A DNA stretch of 64,000 nt from Acidobacteriota bacterium (GTDB lineage Bacteria; Acidobacteriota; Vicinamibacteria; Vicinamibacterales; SCN-69-37). Both the position numbers and the translations under genes were made by a program. Below, in pieces: positions 9,983 to 19,077 of this stretch. Each line of letters begins with the position of its first letter. Position 1 is the first letter of the stretch. Location: the NCBI GenBank assembly GCA_039933635.1, contig JBDTNQ010000002.1:41560-105559 (forward strand), given 5' to 3'. Under the pieces are notes generated by a model that saw only the letters and a list, made by a program, of their open reading frames with translations, was not told the DNA's origin and did no database searches.

Positions 9983-10083
9983 TCGCAAACTGATGCAGGA
10001 GTTGAGGTTACGCTTTTACTTCGCCAGTAATTGTGAGCGAATATTTAGCGAAAATTAGAGCGTGGTACCATGCTCCGCTCGAC

Positions 10084-11130
10084 ATGCTTCCGCGCCGGAT
10101 CATCGTCTGCGAAGCGCAGGTGCCATTCGTGCGCGGCGGCGCCGAATCCCTCGTCCGGGAGCTCACCGGCCAGCTGCGGGATCGCGGGTTCGAGACTGAG
10201 CTCGTGAGCGTGCCCTTCAAGTGGTATCCGCGCGACGAACTGTTCACCCACGCCGCCGCCTGGCGCCTACTCGATCTGAGCGAGAGCAATGGCCGGCCCG
10301 TCGATCGCGTGATTGCCACCAAATTTCCGACGTATTGCGTGCGTCACCCGAACAAAGTGACCTGGCTCGTCCACCAGTACCGTGCCGCGTATGAGCTCAC
10401 CGGCACGATCTACAGCGAGTTCGAACACACGGAACCTGATGTCGCCGCGCGACGACGGCTGATCGATCTGGATACCACGATGCTCGGTGAATCACGCCAG
10501 ATCTACACCATCGCGAAGACGGTGACCGCTCGCCTCGCCCGCTATAACGGCCTCACGGCGGAAACGCTGTACCATCCGCCGCGTCTGGCCGCGCGGCTGC
10601 ACGGCGGCACCTCCGGTAACTACGTCCTGTCGATCGGCCGCCTCGAGTCGGTGAAGCGCGTGGACCTGATCATCCGCGCGCTCGCGCGCGTGCCCGACCC
10701 CGTGTCACTCGTCGTCGCCGGCACCGGCACGCAGCGGGCGGCATTCGAGCAGCTTGCCGAGTCGCTCGGCGTTGCCTCCCGCGTCCAGTTTCTGGGGGAA
10801 GTGAACGACGACGACCTCGTGGAGCTGTACGCGGGTGCGCTCGCCGTGGTCTATCCTCCGTTCGACGAGGATTTCGGTTACGTGACGCTCGAAGCTTTTC
10901 TTTCGAAGAAACCTGTCGTGACCACAACCGACGCGGGCGAGCCGTCGACCTTCGTGCTTGACGGCGTCAATGGCCACGTGACCGCGCCGGATCCCGAGGC
11001 GCTGGCGGCGGCGATCAGCGCGCTCTCGGCCAATCGGACCCGGGCGGCCGCCTACGGGCTTGCGGGTTACGAGTGGGCGCGACTGATCACATGGGACGAC
11101 ACTATCGATCGACTGGTCGCGGGCCTGTGA
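10084..11130 (+). CDS. GT4-family (GT-B) glycosyltransferase
   Basis: N-terminus MLPRRIIVCEAQVPFVRGGAES and a C-terminal EX7E-like motif EDFGYVTLEAFLSKKPVV. The longest ORF starts at GTG 10033 inside an AT-rich patch, so I prefer ATG 10084. Confidence 0.8.
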   Translation: MLPRRIIVCEAQVPFVRGGAESLVRELTGQLRDRGFETELVSVPFKWYPRDELFTHAAAWRLLDLSESNGRPVDRVIATKFPTYCVRHPNKVTWLVHQYRAAYELTGTIYSEFEHTEPDVAARRRLIDLDTTMLGESRQIYTIAKTVTARLARYNGLTAETLYHPPRLAARLHGGTSGNYVLSIGRLESVKRVDLIIRALARVPDPVSLVVAGTGTQRAAFEQLAESLGVASRVQFLGEVNDDDLVELYAGALAVVYPPFDEDFGYVTLEAFLSKKPVVTTTDAGEPSTFVLDGVNGHVTAPDPEALAAAISALSANRTRAAAYGLAGYEWARLITWDDTIDRLVAGL

Positions 11131-12101
11131 AACTCATCATCCAGATTCCCTGCCTGAATGAGGCCACAACGCTGCCGGCCACGCTGGCCGATTTGCCGAC
11201 GTCCGTACCGGGCATCGACACGATCGAGGTCGTGGTCGTGGACGATGGGTCCAAGGACAGCACGGCGGAGGTGGCGCGCGCGCACGGCGTGCAGCATGTG
11301 ATTCGGTTCCGACGGCGCAAGGGCCTGGCGGCGGCGTTCATGGCCGGCATCGATGCGAGTCTCCGCGCGGGCGCGGACTTCATCGTGAACACGGACGCGG
11401 ACAATCAGTACGCGGGCGCCGATATTGCCAAGCTCGTCCTGCCGCTGCTCTCCGGCGAGGCGGACATCGTGATTGGCGATCGCAACATCCGCGAGATCAG
11501 CCACATGTCCTGGCCAAAAAAGGTGCTGCAGCGGCTCGGCAGTTGGGTCGTGCGACAGATCTCCCGCACCGAGGTGCCCGATACGACGAGCGGATTCCGC
11601 GCGTATACCCGCGAGGCGGCGCTGCGTATGACGGTGGTGTCGGAATTCTCGTACACGCTCGAATCCATCATTCAGGCCGGCAAGAAGCGGATGGCCATCT
11701 CGCACGTCCCGGTGGCGACCAACGCCATTACCCGGCCCTCGCGGCTCTTCAACAGCATCTGGGCCTATCTGAAACAGTCCGGCGCCACCATCGTTCGCGT
11801 CTACACGATGTACGAGCCGTTGAAGGTGTTCTCGTATATCGGCTCGTTCATCTTTCTCATCGGGTTCGCGGTCGCCCTGCGCTTCCTCTACTACTACTGG
11901 TTCACGTACCAGTCGGAAGGCAAGATCCAGTCGCTGATCCTGTCCGCCGTGCTGATGATCGTCGGATTCCAGGTGATCTTGATCGGTCTCGTCGCTGACG
12001 TGCTCTCGGGCACGCGCAAGCTGCTCGAGGACCTGCTCTATCGCGTGCGCCGGATGGAGATCGACGACCACGACCGCGTCGAACGCGGGAACGATCACTG
12101 A
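11127..12101 (+). CDS. GT2 polyprenyl-phosphate glycosyltransferase (GtrB/Dpm1-like) with C-terminal TM helices
   Basis: IIQIPCLNEATTL, VVVDDGSKDST and NTDADNQ (DXD) motifs. Hydrophobic C-terminus FSYIGSFIFLIGFAVAL...SLILSAVLMIVGFQVILIGLV. GTGA overlap with the upstream stop. Confidence 0.8.
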   Translation: MKLIIQIPCLNEATTLPATLADLPTSVPGIDTIEVVVVDDGSKDSTAEVARAHGVQHVIRFRRRKGLAAAFMAGIDASLRAGADFIVNTDADNQYAGADIAKLVLPLLSGEADIVIGDRNIREISHMSWPKKVLQRLGSWVVRQISRTEVPDTTSGFRAYTREAALRMTVVSEFSYTLESIIQAGKKRMAISHVPVATNAITRPSRLFNSIWAYLKQSGATIVRVYTMYEPLKVFSYIGSFIFLIGFAVALRFLYYYWFTYQSEGKIQSLILSAVLMIVGFQVILIGLVADVLSGTRKLLEDLLYRVRRMEIDDHDRVERGNDH

Positions 12102-12103
12102 GC

Positions 12104-12964
12104 ATGGCCCACCCGTCCACCGTTTCCGTCGTCATTCCCTGCATGAACGAAGCAGGCGCTATCGGGACCGTCGTCCGCGATCTCGCGGCGGCCGGCGCGT
12201 GGCGGGAGATCCTGGTGATCGACGACGGCTCGACGGATGCGACCGCCGCCGAGGCCGAGGCCGCCGGCGCGCGCGTGGTGCGGCATCCCTACAACAAAGG
12301 CAACGGCGCGTCGGTCAAGACGGGCATCCGCACGGCAACCGGCGACTACATGCTCATCATCGACGGCGACGGCCAGCACAAGCCGTCCGACGCGGTGCGC
12401 CTGGTCAGCCGGCTTGGCGCGTTCGATCTCGTGGTCGGCGCGCGTTCGCCGTCGACCCAGGCGGGCGTGCGGCGACGGTTGGGCAACGCCGCCTTGAACG
12501 GACTGGCATCCTACCTCGCGCAATTCCCGATTCCCGATCTCACGTCCGGATTTCGCGCGGCGCGTCTCGACGCGCTGCGCGAGTTCATCACGATGCTGCC
12601 GAATGGGTTCTCGACGCCGACCACCACCACGCTGTGCTTCCTCCGCGCGGGGTACAACGTCGTTTTCGAGCCCATCGAGGCGCGCGTGCGGATCGGCCAG
12701 TCGAAGATTCGCCTCGCGCGTGACGGCCCGAAGTTCCTGCTCATCATGCTGCGCGTGATGACCATCTTCAGCCCGCTCCGCGTGTTCCTGCCGATTGCCG
12801 GCGCATCCTTTCTGATGGGCGCGGGCTACGCGGCGTGGACGATTGCCACACAGTCACACGTCACGAACTCGTCCGTGCTCCTCATCATGCTGGCCGTTGT
12901 GATCCTGCTCGTCGGGCTCGTGTCCGAGCAGGTGGCGGTACTTCGCGCCGATGGTCGCCGGTAG
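12104..12964 (+). CDS. GT2 polyprenyl-phosphate glycosyltransferase (GtrB-like) with C-terminal TM helices
   Basis: VSVVIPCMNEAGAIG, LVIDDGSTDAT and IIDGDGQH motifs. C-terminal TM segments IFSPLRVFLPIAGASFLMGAGY and VLLIMLAVVILLVGLV. Confidence 0.8.
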   Translation: MAHPSTVSVVIPCMNEAGAIGTVVRDLAAAGAWREILVIDDGSTDATAAEAEAAGARVVRHPYNKGNGASVKTGIRTATGDYMLIIDGDGQHKPSDAVRLVSRLGAFDLVVGARSPSTQAGVRRRLGNAALNGLASYLAQFPIPDLTSGFRAARLDALREFITMLPNGFSTPTTTTLCFLRAGYNVVFEPIEARVRIGQSKIRLARDGPKFLLIMLRVMTIFSPLRVFLPIAGASFLMGAGYAAWTIATQSHVTNSSVLLIMLAVVILLVGLVSEQVAVLRADGRR

Positions 12965-14192
12965 CCCGAACGGCTTTCCGCGCGCGTTCGTGGTCGGCGC
13001 GGTCCTCGTCGGACTCGTCGTTCGCCTCGCGTTCGGCTTGTGGTACTGGAACGGACAGGCGCTCACGCGCGACGAACTCGAGTACTTGTCACTGGCGCGG
13101 AGCCTGGCTGCCGGCCACGGCTTCGTCTACGACGAGGTGCTCCGCGCCGGATCGTTCACGCCGTTCGGACGCTCACCCGGATATCCGGCTTTCCTCGCGT
13201 TGATCGGCGCCGGCAGCCGGGTTTTCACGAGCGCGCCAACAGCTGTGAAGGTGGCGCAATCGTTCGTGGGTGCGATTGGCGTGTGGCTCGCGGCCATCGT
13301 GGCATTCCGCGTCGGGGGCACCCGGGCAGCCCGCGCGGGTGCCGCCATTGCGGCCGTCTATCCCCCGCTGGTCTGGATCGCGGCCTTTGTGTGGAGCGAA
13401 TCGATATTCTGGCCGCTTGGCCTGTTCATCGCCTGGCTCTTCGATCGCGCGGTCGCCCGCGGCGGTCGGGCGCTGGGCGGTTTCGTCTGCGGCGTCGTCG
13501 TTGGGCTGGCCATCATCACCAGACCTGCGATCATTCTCTTCCTGCCGCTCGCGGGGATCTATCTGATCTGGAAGCGGCACCCGCGTATGCTCGCGGCCAT
13601 GGCGGTCGGCGTCCTGCTCGTGTACCTGCCGTGGACGGCGCGGAACTACCTATTCCACGGCCGCGTCATGGTGGTGGCGTCTGACGGTGGCGTGACATTC
13701 TGGACCGGCAACCACCCGCTGGCGATCGGCGAAGGTGACATGGCGGCCAACAGCGCGCTGAAACTCGACAACCAGCGCCTGCGCGCCAAGCACCCGGGCT
13801 TGACCGAGGAAGAGATGGAGCACTTCTACTACGAGGAAGCGTTCAGCTGGATGCGAGCGCATCCCCTGGCGTGGATGACGCTCGAGTTGAAGAAGGCGTT
13901 CTATCTCGTCGTCCCCATCGGTCCGTCCTATACGCTCCACTCCGTAAGGTACTTCGTCACGTCCGTGGTGTCGTATGGCACGCTCCTCGGATTGGGCTTC
14001 GTTGCGATCGCGCGACGGCGCTTCAGGCTGGGCGACGCCGCGGGTGTGTGGCTGCTTGCGGGCTCGGCCGTCCTCGTCTGTCTCGTGTTCTTTCCACAGG
14101 AACGTTTCCGCATTCCCCTGATCGATCCGGCGCTCGTGGTGCTCGGCGGCCTTGGCATCGCGACGTTGTTCCCGAGTACCTCTCGCCCATGA
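12951..14192 (+). CDS. GT-C fold membrane glycosyltransferase (ArnT/PMT_2, GT39/GT83-like)
   Basis: Multi-TM protein. First-loop acidic motif TRDELEYLSLARSLAAGHGF, characteristic of ArnT/PMT-like enzymes. Confidence 0.7.
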   Translation: MVAGSPNGFPRAFVVGAVLVGLVVRLAFGLWYWNGQALTRDELEYLSLARSLAAGHGFVYDEVLRAGSFTPFGRSPGYPAFLALIGAGSRVFTSAPTAVKVAQSFVGAIGVWLAAIVAFRVGGTRAARAGAAIAAVYPPLVWIAAFVWSESIFWPLGLFIAWLFDRAVARGGRALGGFVCGVVVGLAIITRPAIILFLPLAGIYLIWKRHPRMLAAMAVGVLLVYLPWTARNYLFHGRVMVVASDGGVTFWTGNHPLAIGEGDMAANSALKLDNQRLRAKHPGLTEEEMEHFYYEEAFSWMRAHPLAWMTLELKKAFYLVVPIGPSYTLHSVRYFVTSVVSYGTLLGLGFVAIARRRFRLGDAAGVWLLAGSAVLVCLVFFPQERFRIPLIDPALVVLGGLGIATLFPSTSRP

Positions 14193-14914
14193 CCCTGCTT
14201 GTCGTCCTGCCCACCTACAACGAACGGCTCAACCTCGAGAAGGTCGCCGACGCCGTGATGCGTCACGACTTCACCCGCATGCTCGTCGTCGACGATGCCT
14301 CACCCGATGGCACGGGCGACCTGGCGGATGAACTGGCGCTGCGGTGGCCTGGTCGCATCCAGGTCATGCACCGCACAGGCCCGCGCGGATTGGGGCTCGC
14401 GTACATCGACGGTCTGCGCCGCGCGCTGGCGACCGACGCGGACGCCATCGGCCAGATGGATGCGGACCTGTCGCACGATCCTGTCTATCTGCCGAGTCTC
14501 GTGGCGGCACTGACCAGGCACGATATGGCGATCGGTTCGCGCTATATGCAGGGCGTCAGCGTGGTCAACTGGCCGCTGCACCGGCTGGTATTGAGCGCGT
14601 TCGCGAACCGCTACATCCGCGCGGTGACGGGACTCAGCCCGACCGACTGCACCAGCGGGTTTCGCGTGTGGCGCCGCGAAGCGCTGGCGCGCCTTCCGCT
14701 CGAGACGGCGCGCACGAGCGGTTACGCCTTCCTGACCGAAATGCTGTACGAGGCGGGACGCCTCCGCTTGCGCATCGGGGAGGTGCCGATCGTCTTCGTG
14801 GAGCGACAGGAAGGCTACTCGAAGGTGTCGCAGAAAGTCCTGCTCGAATCACTCCTGACGCCGTGGCGGCTCATCTTGCGCGGCGGGCGCTGCGGTCCGC
14901 CGTCGTCTCCCTGA
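14189..14914 (+). CDS. polyprenol-monophosphomannose synthase-like GT2 (Dpm1/Ppm1-like)
   Basis: MTLLVVLPTYNERLNL, LVVDDASPDGTG and QMDADLSHDP motifs. ATGA overlap with the upstream stop. The longer ORF (13871) is an N-terminal artefact. Confidence 0.8.
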   Translation: MTLLVVLPTYNERLNLEKVADAVMRHDFTRMLVVDDASPDGTGDLADELALRWPGRIQVMHRTGPRGLGLAYIDGLRRALATDADAIGQMDADLSHDPVYLPSLVAALTRHDMAIGSRYMQGVSVVNWPLHRLVLSAFANRYIRAVTGLSPTDCTSGFRVWRREALARLPLETARTSGYAFLTEMLYEAGRLRLRIGEVPIVFVERQEGYSKVSQKVLLESLLTPWRLILRGGRCGPPSSP

Positions 14915-14919
14915 CCCGT

Positions 14920-16131
14920 ATGCGCCACGTTGTCGTCATGGTTGCCACCTCGTATCCGAGGTTTCCGGGGGACGGCGTCGGCAGCTTCATGGAGCCCATC
15001 GCCAAGGGCATTGCGGCGCGTGGACACGAAGTCCACCTGGTCGCCCCATGGCACCCCGCCATTACGCGGGGCCGTGAAGACGAGGGCGTCTTCTTTCACT
15101 TCTTTCGATACGCGCCGATGCCGTCGCTGAACGTCTTCGGTTATGCCTCCGGCCTGCAGGCGGACACGCGCCTGAAGAACGCTGCCTGGATGGTGGCGCC
15201 GGCGGCTCTGGCGGCTGGCTGGTTCAAAGCGATGCGCGTCGCGCAGAAGCGACGCGCGACGGTCATGCACGCGCACTGGGTGATTCCCGGCGGGGTCATC
15301 GGCGCCATGGCGGCGCGCCGCCTGCCGCTCGTCGTCAGCCTGCATGGATCGGATGTCTTCGTCGCCGAGCGGCACGCGCTCGTGGGGCGCGTCGCGCGCT
15401 CGGTATTCGCGCGCGCGGCCTGGGTCACTGCGTGCAGTGACGACCTGCACCAACGCGCCTTGACCCTCGGCGCTGTTCCGGCCGCGACGGAGACCGTGCC
15501 GTACGGTGTCGATCTCCGCCGGTTCGCGCCCGACGCAACGTCGAGGACGGACGTCCGCGCCACATACGGCGTGGGCGATGCGCCATTGATCGTCAGCGCG
15601 GGACGGCTGGTGAGCAAGAAGGGCTTCGAAGTGCTGATCGACGCGGTTGTGCGCCTGCGGGAATCGGCGCCGACGACGCGTCTGCTCATCGCCGGGGACG
15701 GCGATCTGCGGGACGCGCTCACCGCGCGAGCCACGCGTCTCGATCAACCGGTGCTCATCGGTAACCAGTCACAGGACGCAATCGCGAAGCTCGCCGCGGC
15801 AGCCGACATCGTGGCGGTGCCGTCGGTGCACGACGAGGCGGGCAACGTCGATGGCCTGCCAAATTTCGCGCTCGAAGCCCTGGCCACAGGAACGCCGGTC
15901 GTGGCCAGCCGTGTCGGCGGTCTGCCGCAGGCGATCGAGCACGGCGTCACGGGGCTGCTCGTACCGGAGCGCGACGTCGCCGCGCTGGCCGGGGCCCTCG
16001 CGGCACTGCTCGTCGATCCTGGACGTCGGCGCGTCCTGGGCCAGGCCGCCAGAGAAGCCGTTGCACGGAATTTCTCGTGGCAGGCCGTGGCCGAGCGGCT
16101 CGAAGGAATCTACGACCACGTCGGCCGCTGA
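14920..16131 (+). CDS. GT4-family glycosyltransferase
   Basis: MRHVVVMVATSYPRFPGDGVGSF and DEAGNVDGLPNFALEALATGTPVVASRVGGLP. Trimmed from ORF 14344. Confidence 0.8.
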   Translation: MRHVVVMVATSYPRFPGDGVGSFMEPIAKGIAARGHEVHLVAPWHPAITRGREDEGVFFHFFRYAPMPSLNVFGYASGLQADTRLKNAAWMVAPAALAAGWFKAMRVAQKRRATVMHAHWVIPGGVIGAMAARRLPLVVSLHGSDVFVAERHALVGRVARSVFARAAWVTACSDDLHQRALTLGAVPAATETVPYGVDLRRFAPDATSRTDVRATYGVGDAPLIVSAGRLVSKKGFEVLIDAVVRLRESAPTTRLLIAGDGDLRDALTARATRLDQPVLIGNQSQDAIAKLAAAADIVAVPSVHDEAGNVDGLPNFALEALATGTPVVASRVGGLPQAIEHGVTGLLVPERDVAALAGALAALLVDPGRRRVLGQAAREAVARNFSWQAVAERLEGIYDHVGR

Positions 16132-16178
16132 GCGACTTGTCGAAGCCCGCGCGCGAGGATATTGTTGGCGCCTACGTC

Positions 16179-16955
16179 ATGCCAACTGATGTTCCAGAGC
16201 TCCCCCTCGGACTCAGCATCTTCTTCCCTGCCTACAACGACAGTGGAACGATCGCGAGTCTGGTCATTGCGGCTCGTCAGGCCGCCCAACGTGTCACACG
16301 CGATTTCGAGATTCTCATCATCAACGATGGAAGCGCGGACCGCACGGCCGAGATCGCCGACGAGCTCGCGCACACCTACCCGGAGGTGCGCGCGATCCAT
16401 CACGTCGTCAACCGCGGCTACGGTGGCGCCCTGCGCACCGGGTTCAGCGAATCGCGCAAGGACGTCATCTTCTACACCGATGGCGACGCGCAGTACGATC
16501 CCGCCGAACTCGTGGCCCTGTGGCCGCAGCTGACGCCCGGAATCGACCTGGTCAACGGCTACAAGATCAGCCGATCCGACCCGTGGCATCGCATCGTGAT
16601 CGGGCGTATCTATCACCACACGGTGAAGATTCTGTTCGGCCTTACCGTGCGCGACGTCGATTGTGATTTCCGGCTCATGCGGCGGTCGATCTTCAATCGC
16701 GTGCACCTCGAGCACAACAGCGGGGTGATCTGCCTCGAAATGATGAAGAAGATCACCGACGCGGGTTTCGGGATCGCCGAGGTGCCCGTGCACCACTACC
16801 ACCGCGCGTTCGGACGTTCGCAGTTCTTCAACTTCCGACGGCTCGCGCGCACCGTCGTCGACGTCGGCAACCTCTGGGTCACGCTCGTCGTCTTGAAGCG
16901 GCATCGGCGAACCGCGTCCAGTAACACCGAAGCCCTTCGGCGTCACCAGCCATGA
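16179..16955 (+). CDS. GT2 polyprenyl-phosphate glycosyltransferase (ArnC/Dpm1-like)
   Basis: LSIFFPAYNDSGTI, LIINDGSADRT and YTDGDAQYDP motifs. Trimmed from ORF 16077 to ATG 16179. Confidence 0.75.
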   Translation: MPTDVPELPLGLSIFFPAYNDSGTIASLVIAARQAAQRVTRDFEILIINDGSADRTAEIADELAHTYPEVRAIHHVVNRGYGGALRTGFSESRKDVIFYTDGDAQYDPAELVALWPQLTPGIDLVNGYKISRSDPWHRIVIGRIYHHTVKILFGLTVRDVDCDFRLMRRSIFNRVHLEHNSGVICLEMMKKITDAGFGIAEVPVHHYHRAFGRSQFFNFRRLARTVVDVGNLWVTLVVLKRHRRTASSNTEALRRHQP

Positions 16956-17977
16956 CGCCGGACTACCGCGAGTTCTATCGCGGTCGCCGCGTGCTCATCA
17001 CCGGCGGCCTCGGGTTCCTGGGATCCAACCTGGCGCGCGACCTCGTCGACCTGGGCGCGGACGTGCTGATCGTCGACTCGCTCCTGCCCGACTACGGAGG
17101 CAATCTTTTCAATCTCGACGGCTATGAATCGCGTCTCCGCGTGAACATCGCGGACATCCGTCAGGGCACGACCATGAACTACCTGGTGCGAGGGCGCGAG
17201 GTGATCTTCAACCTCGCGGGCCAGGTGAGTCACATCGACAGCATGCGGGATCCCCATACGGATCTGGAGATCAACTGCCGGTCGCAGTTGACGCTGCTCG
17301 AGGCGTGTCGCCAGCACAACCCGTCGACAAAGGTCGTCTACGCCGGCACGCGGCAGATCTATGGCAAGCCGGACAGACTGCCCGTCGACGAATCGCACCT
17401 CGTGCGGCCGACCGACATCAACGGCATCAACAAGGCCGCCGGGGAGCAGTACCACCTGGTCTACAACAACGTGTTCGGCGTGCGCGCCTGCTCGCTGCGC
17501 CTCACGAACATCTACGGCCCGCGCCAGCTCATTCGGCACAACCGCCAGGGCTTCATCGGATGGTTCATCCGGCTCGCGCTGGAGGGCCGCGAAATTCAGA
17601 TCTATGGCGACGGCTCGCAGGTCCGGGACTTCGTCTACGTCGACGACGCGTCGGACGCGTTCCTGCGGGCCGGCTACCACGACGCGTGCAACGGCGGCGT
17701 CTTCAACGTCGGCGGCAGCGAGCCGATCGCGCATCGCGACCTCGTCTCGATGCTGATCGCCGCAAGCGGACGGGGCACCTTGCGCTTCGTAGAATGGCCC
17801 GACGAGAAGCGCAAGATCGACATCGGATCGTTCTACTCCGACTCCACGCGCCTGACCGAGGCGACCGGGTGGACGCCGGAGGTGGACCTGCGCACGGGCC
17901 TCACCGCCACGTTGGCGTACTATCGTGAGTACTTCGGTCGCTACGTGGATCCGGCGGCCGACGCACAGCCAACATGA
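16952..17977 (+). CDS. extended-SDR NAD-dependent sugar epimerase/dehydratase family protein (atypical active-site motif)
   Basis: VLITGGLGFLGSNLARDLV Rossmann motif. Where YxxxK is expected the sequence reads NGINK (17420-17434). Confidence 0.75.
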   Translation: MTPDYREFYRGRRVLITGGLGFLGSNLARDLVDLGADVLIVDSLLPDYGGNLFNLDGYESRLRVNIADIRQGTTMNYLVRGREVIFNLAGQVSHIDSMRDPHTDLEINCRSQLTLLEACRQHNPSTKVVYAGTRQIYGKPDRLPVDESHLVRPTDINGINKAAGEQYHLVYNNVFGVRACSLRLTNIYGPRQLIRHNRQGFIGWFIRLALEGREIQIYGDGSQVRDFVYVDDASDAFLRAGYHDACNGGVFNVGGSEPIAHRDLVSMLIAASGRGTLRFVEWPDEKRKIDIGSFYSDSTRLTEATGWTPEVDLRTGLTATLAYYREYFGRYVDPAADAQPT

Positions 17978-19077
17978 CGATCCCTTTTATGACGCTCGAG
18001 CCCCGCGAGGACGCGCCCGCACTGCGGGAGGCCATCGATCGGGTGATCACCCGCGGCTGGTACGTTCTGGGACCCGAGCTCGACGCGTTCGAGCACGAGT
18101 TCGCCCGAGCCTCCGGTGCCGCCCACGCGATCGGCGTCGGCAACGGCACCGACGCCATCGCGCTCATCCTGCGCGCGCTCGGCATCGGGCCCGGCGACGA
18201 GGTCATCACGACACCGCTTTCCGCGGCGTTCTCCGCGCTGGCCATCATGATGGCGGGCGCCACGCCCGTGTTCGCCGACATCGATCCGGATCGGCTGACC
18301 ATCGACCCGCGCGCAGTCGAGGCGGTTCTCACTCCACGCACCAAGGCGATCCTGCCCGTGCATCTGTACGGGCAGCCGGCAGACCTGACGGCGCTCGAAG
18401 CCATCGCGACGCGTCACGCCCTCGCGCTCGTCGAGGACGCGTGCCAGGCACATCTGGCGACGAGCAACGGGCGGCCAGTCGGCTCTGTGGGCATCGCCGG
18501 GGCCTTCAGCTTCTATCCAACCAAGAATCTCGGCGCGCTCGGAGACGGCGGGGCCATCGTCACGTCCGACGCGGATCTCGCGGCGCGGCTTCGCAGTCTA
18601 CGAAACGGCGGCCAGTCCGATCGCTACCATCACCCGGATTTCGGAGTGAACAGCCGGCTCGACGAGCTTCAGGCGGCGATCCTGCGGGTGCGCCTCGAAC
18701 GACTGCCCGCCTGGACGACGCGACGCCGGGACCTGGCGTCGCGCTATCGCGCGGGCCTGGCCGGCGGCCCGGTCACCGTGCCTCCGGAATTCGACGCGGG
18801 GCACGTCTACCACCTCTTTCCCGTGCTGACGCCTCATCGGGCGTCGTTCATGGCGCACCTGAAAGAGCGCGGCATCGGATCGCTCATCCACTACCCGATC
18901 TCGATCGCCCGACAGCCCGGTATCGTCACGCCCCACCGCGATCGGTGCCCGGTGGCCGATCGGGTCTGCGACCAGGTCTGCTCCCTGCCGCTGCATCCGT
19001 TCCTGTCTGACGCTGACGCCGACCGCGTCGTCGCGGCGGTTCAGCAGTGGCAGCCGTCAGGCACACTATCCACCTGA
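17974..19077 (+). CDS. DegT/DnrJ/EryC1/StrS-family PLP-dependent sugar aminotransferase (ArnB/WecE-like)
   Basis: GVGNGTDAIALILRALG, plus the PLP-lysine context FSFYPTKNLGALGDGGAIVT. Confidence 0.85.
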   Translation: MTIPFMTLEPREDAPALREAIDRVITRGWYVLGPELDAFEHEFARASGAAHAIGVGNGTDAIALILRALGIGPGDEVITTPLSAAFSALAIMMAGATPVFADIDPDRLTIDPRAVEAVLTPRTKAILPVHLYGQPADLTALEAIATRHALALVEDACQAHLATSNGRPVGSVGIAGAFSFYPTKNLGALGDGGAIVTSDADLAARLRSLRNGGQSDRYHHPDFGVNSRLDELQAAILRVRLERLPAWTTRRRDLASRYRAGLAGGPVTVPPEFDAGHVYHLFPVLTPHRASFMAHLKERGIGSLIHYPISIARQPGIVTPHRDRCPVADRVCDQVCSLPLHPFLSDADADRVVAAVQQWQPSGTLST

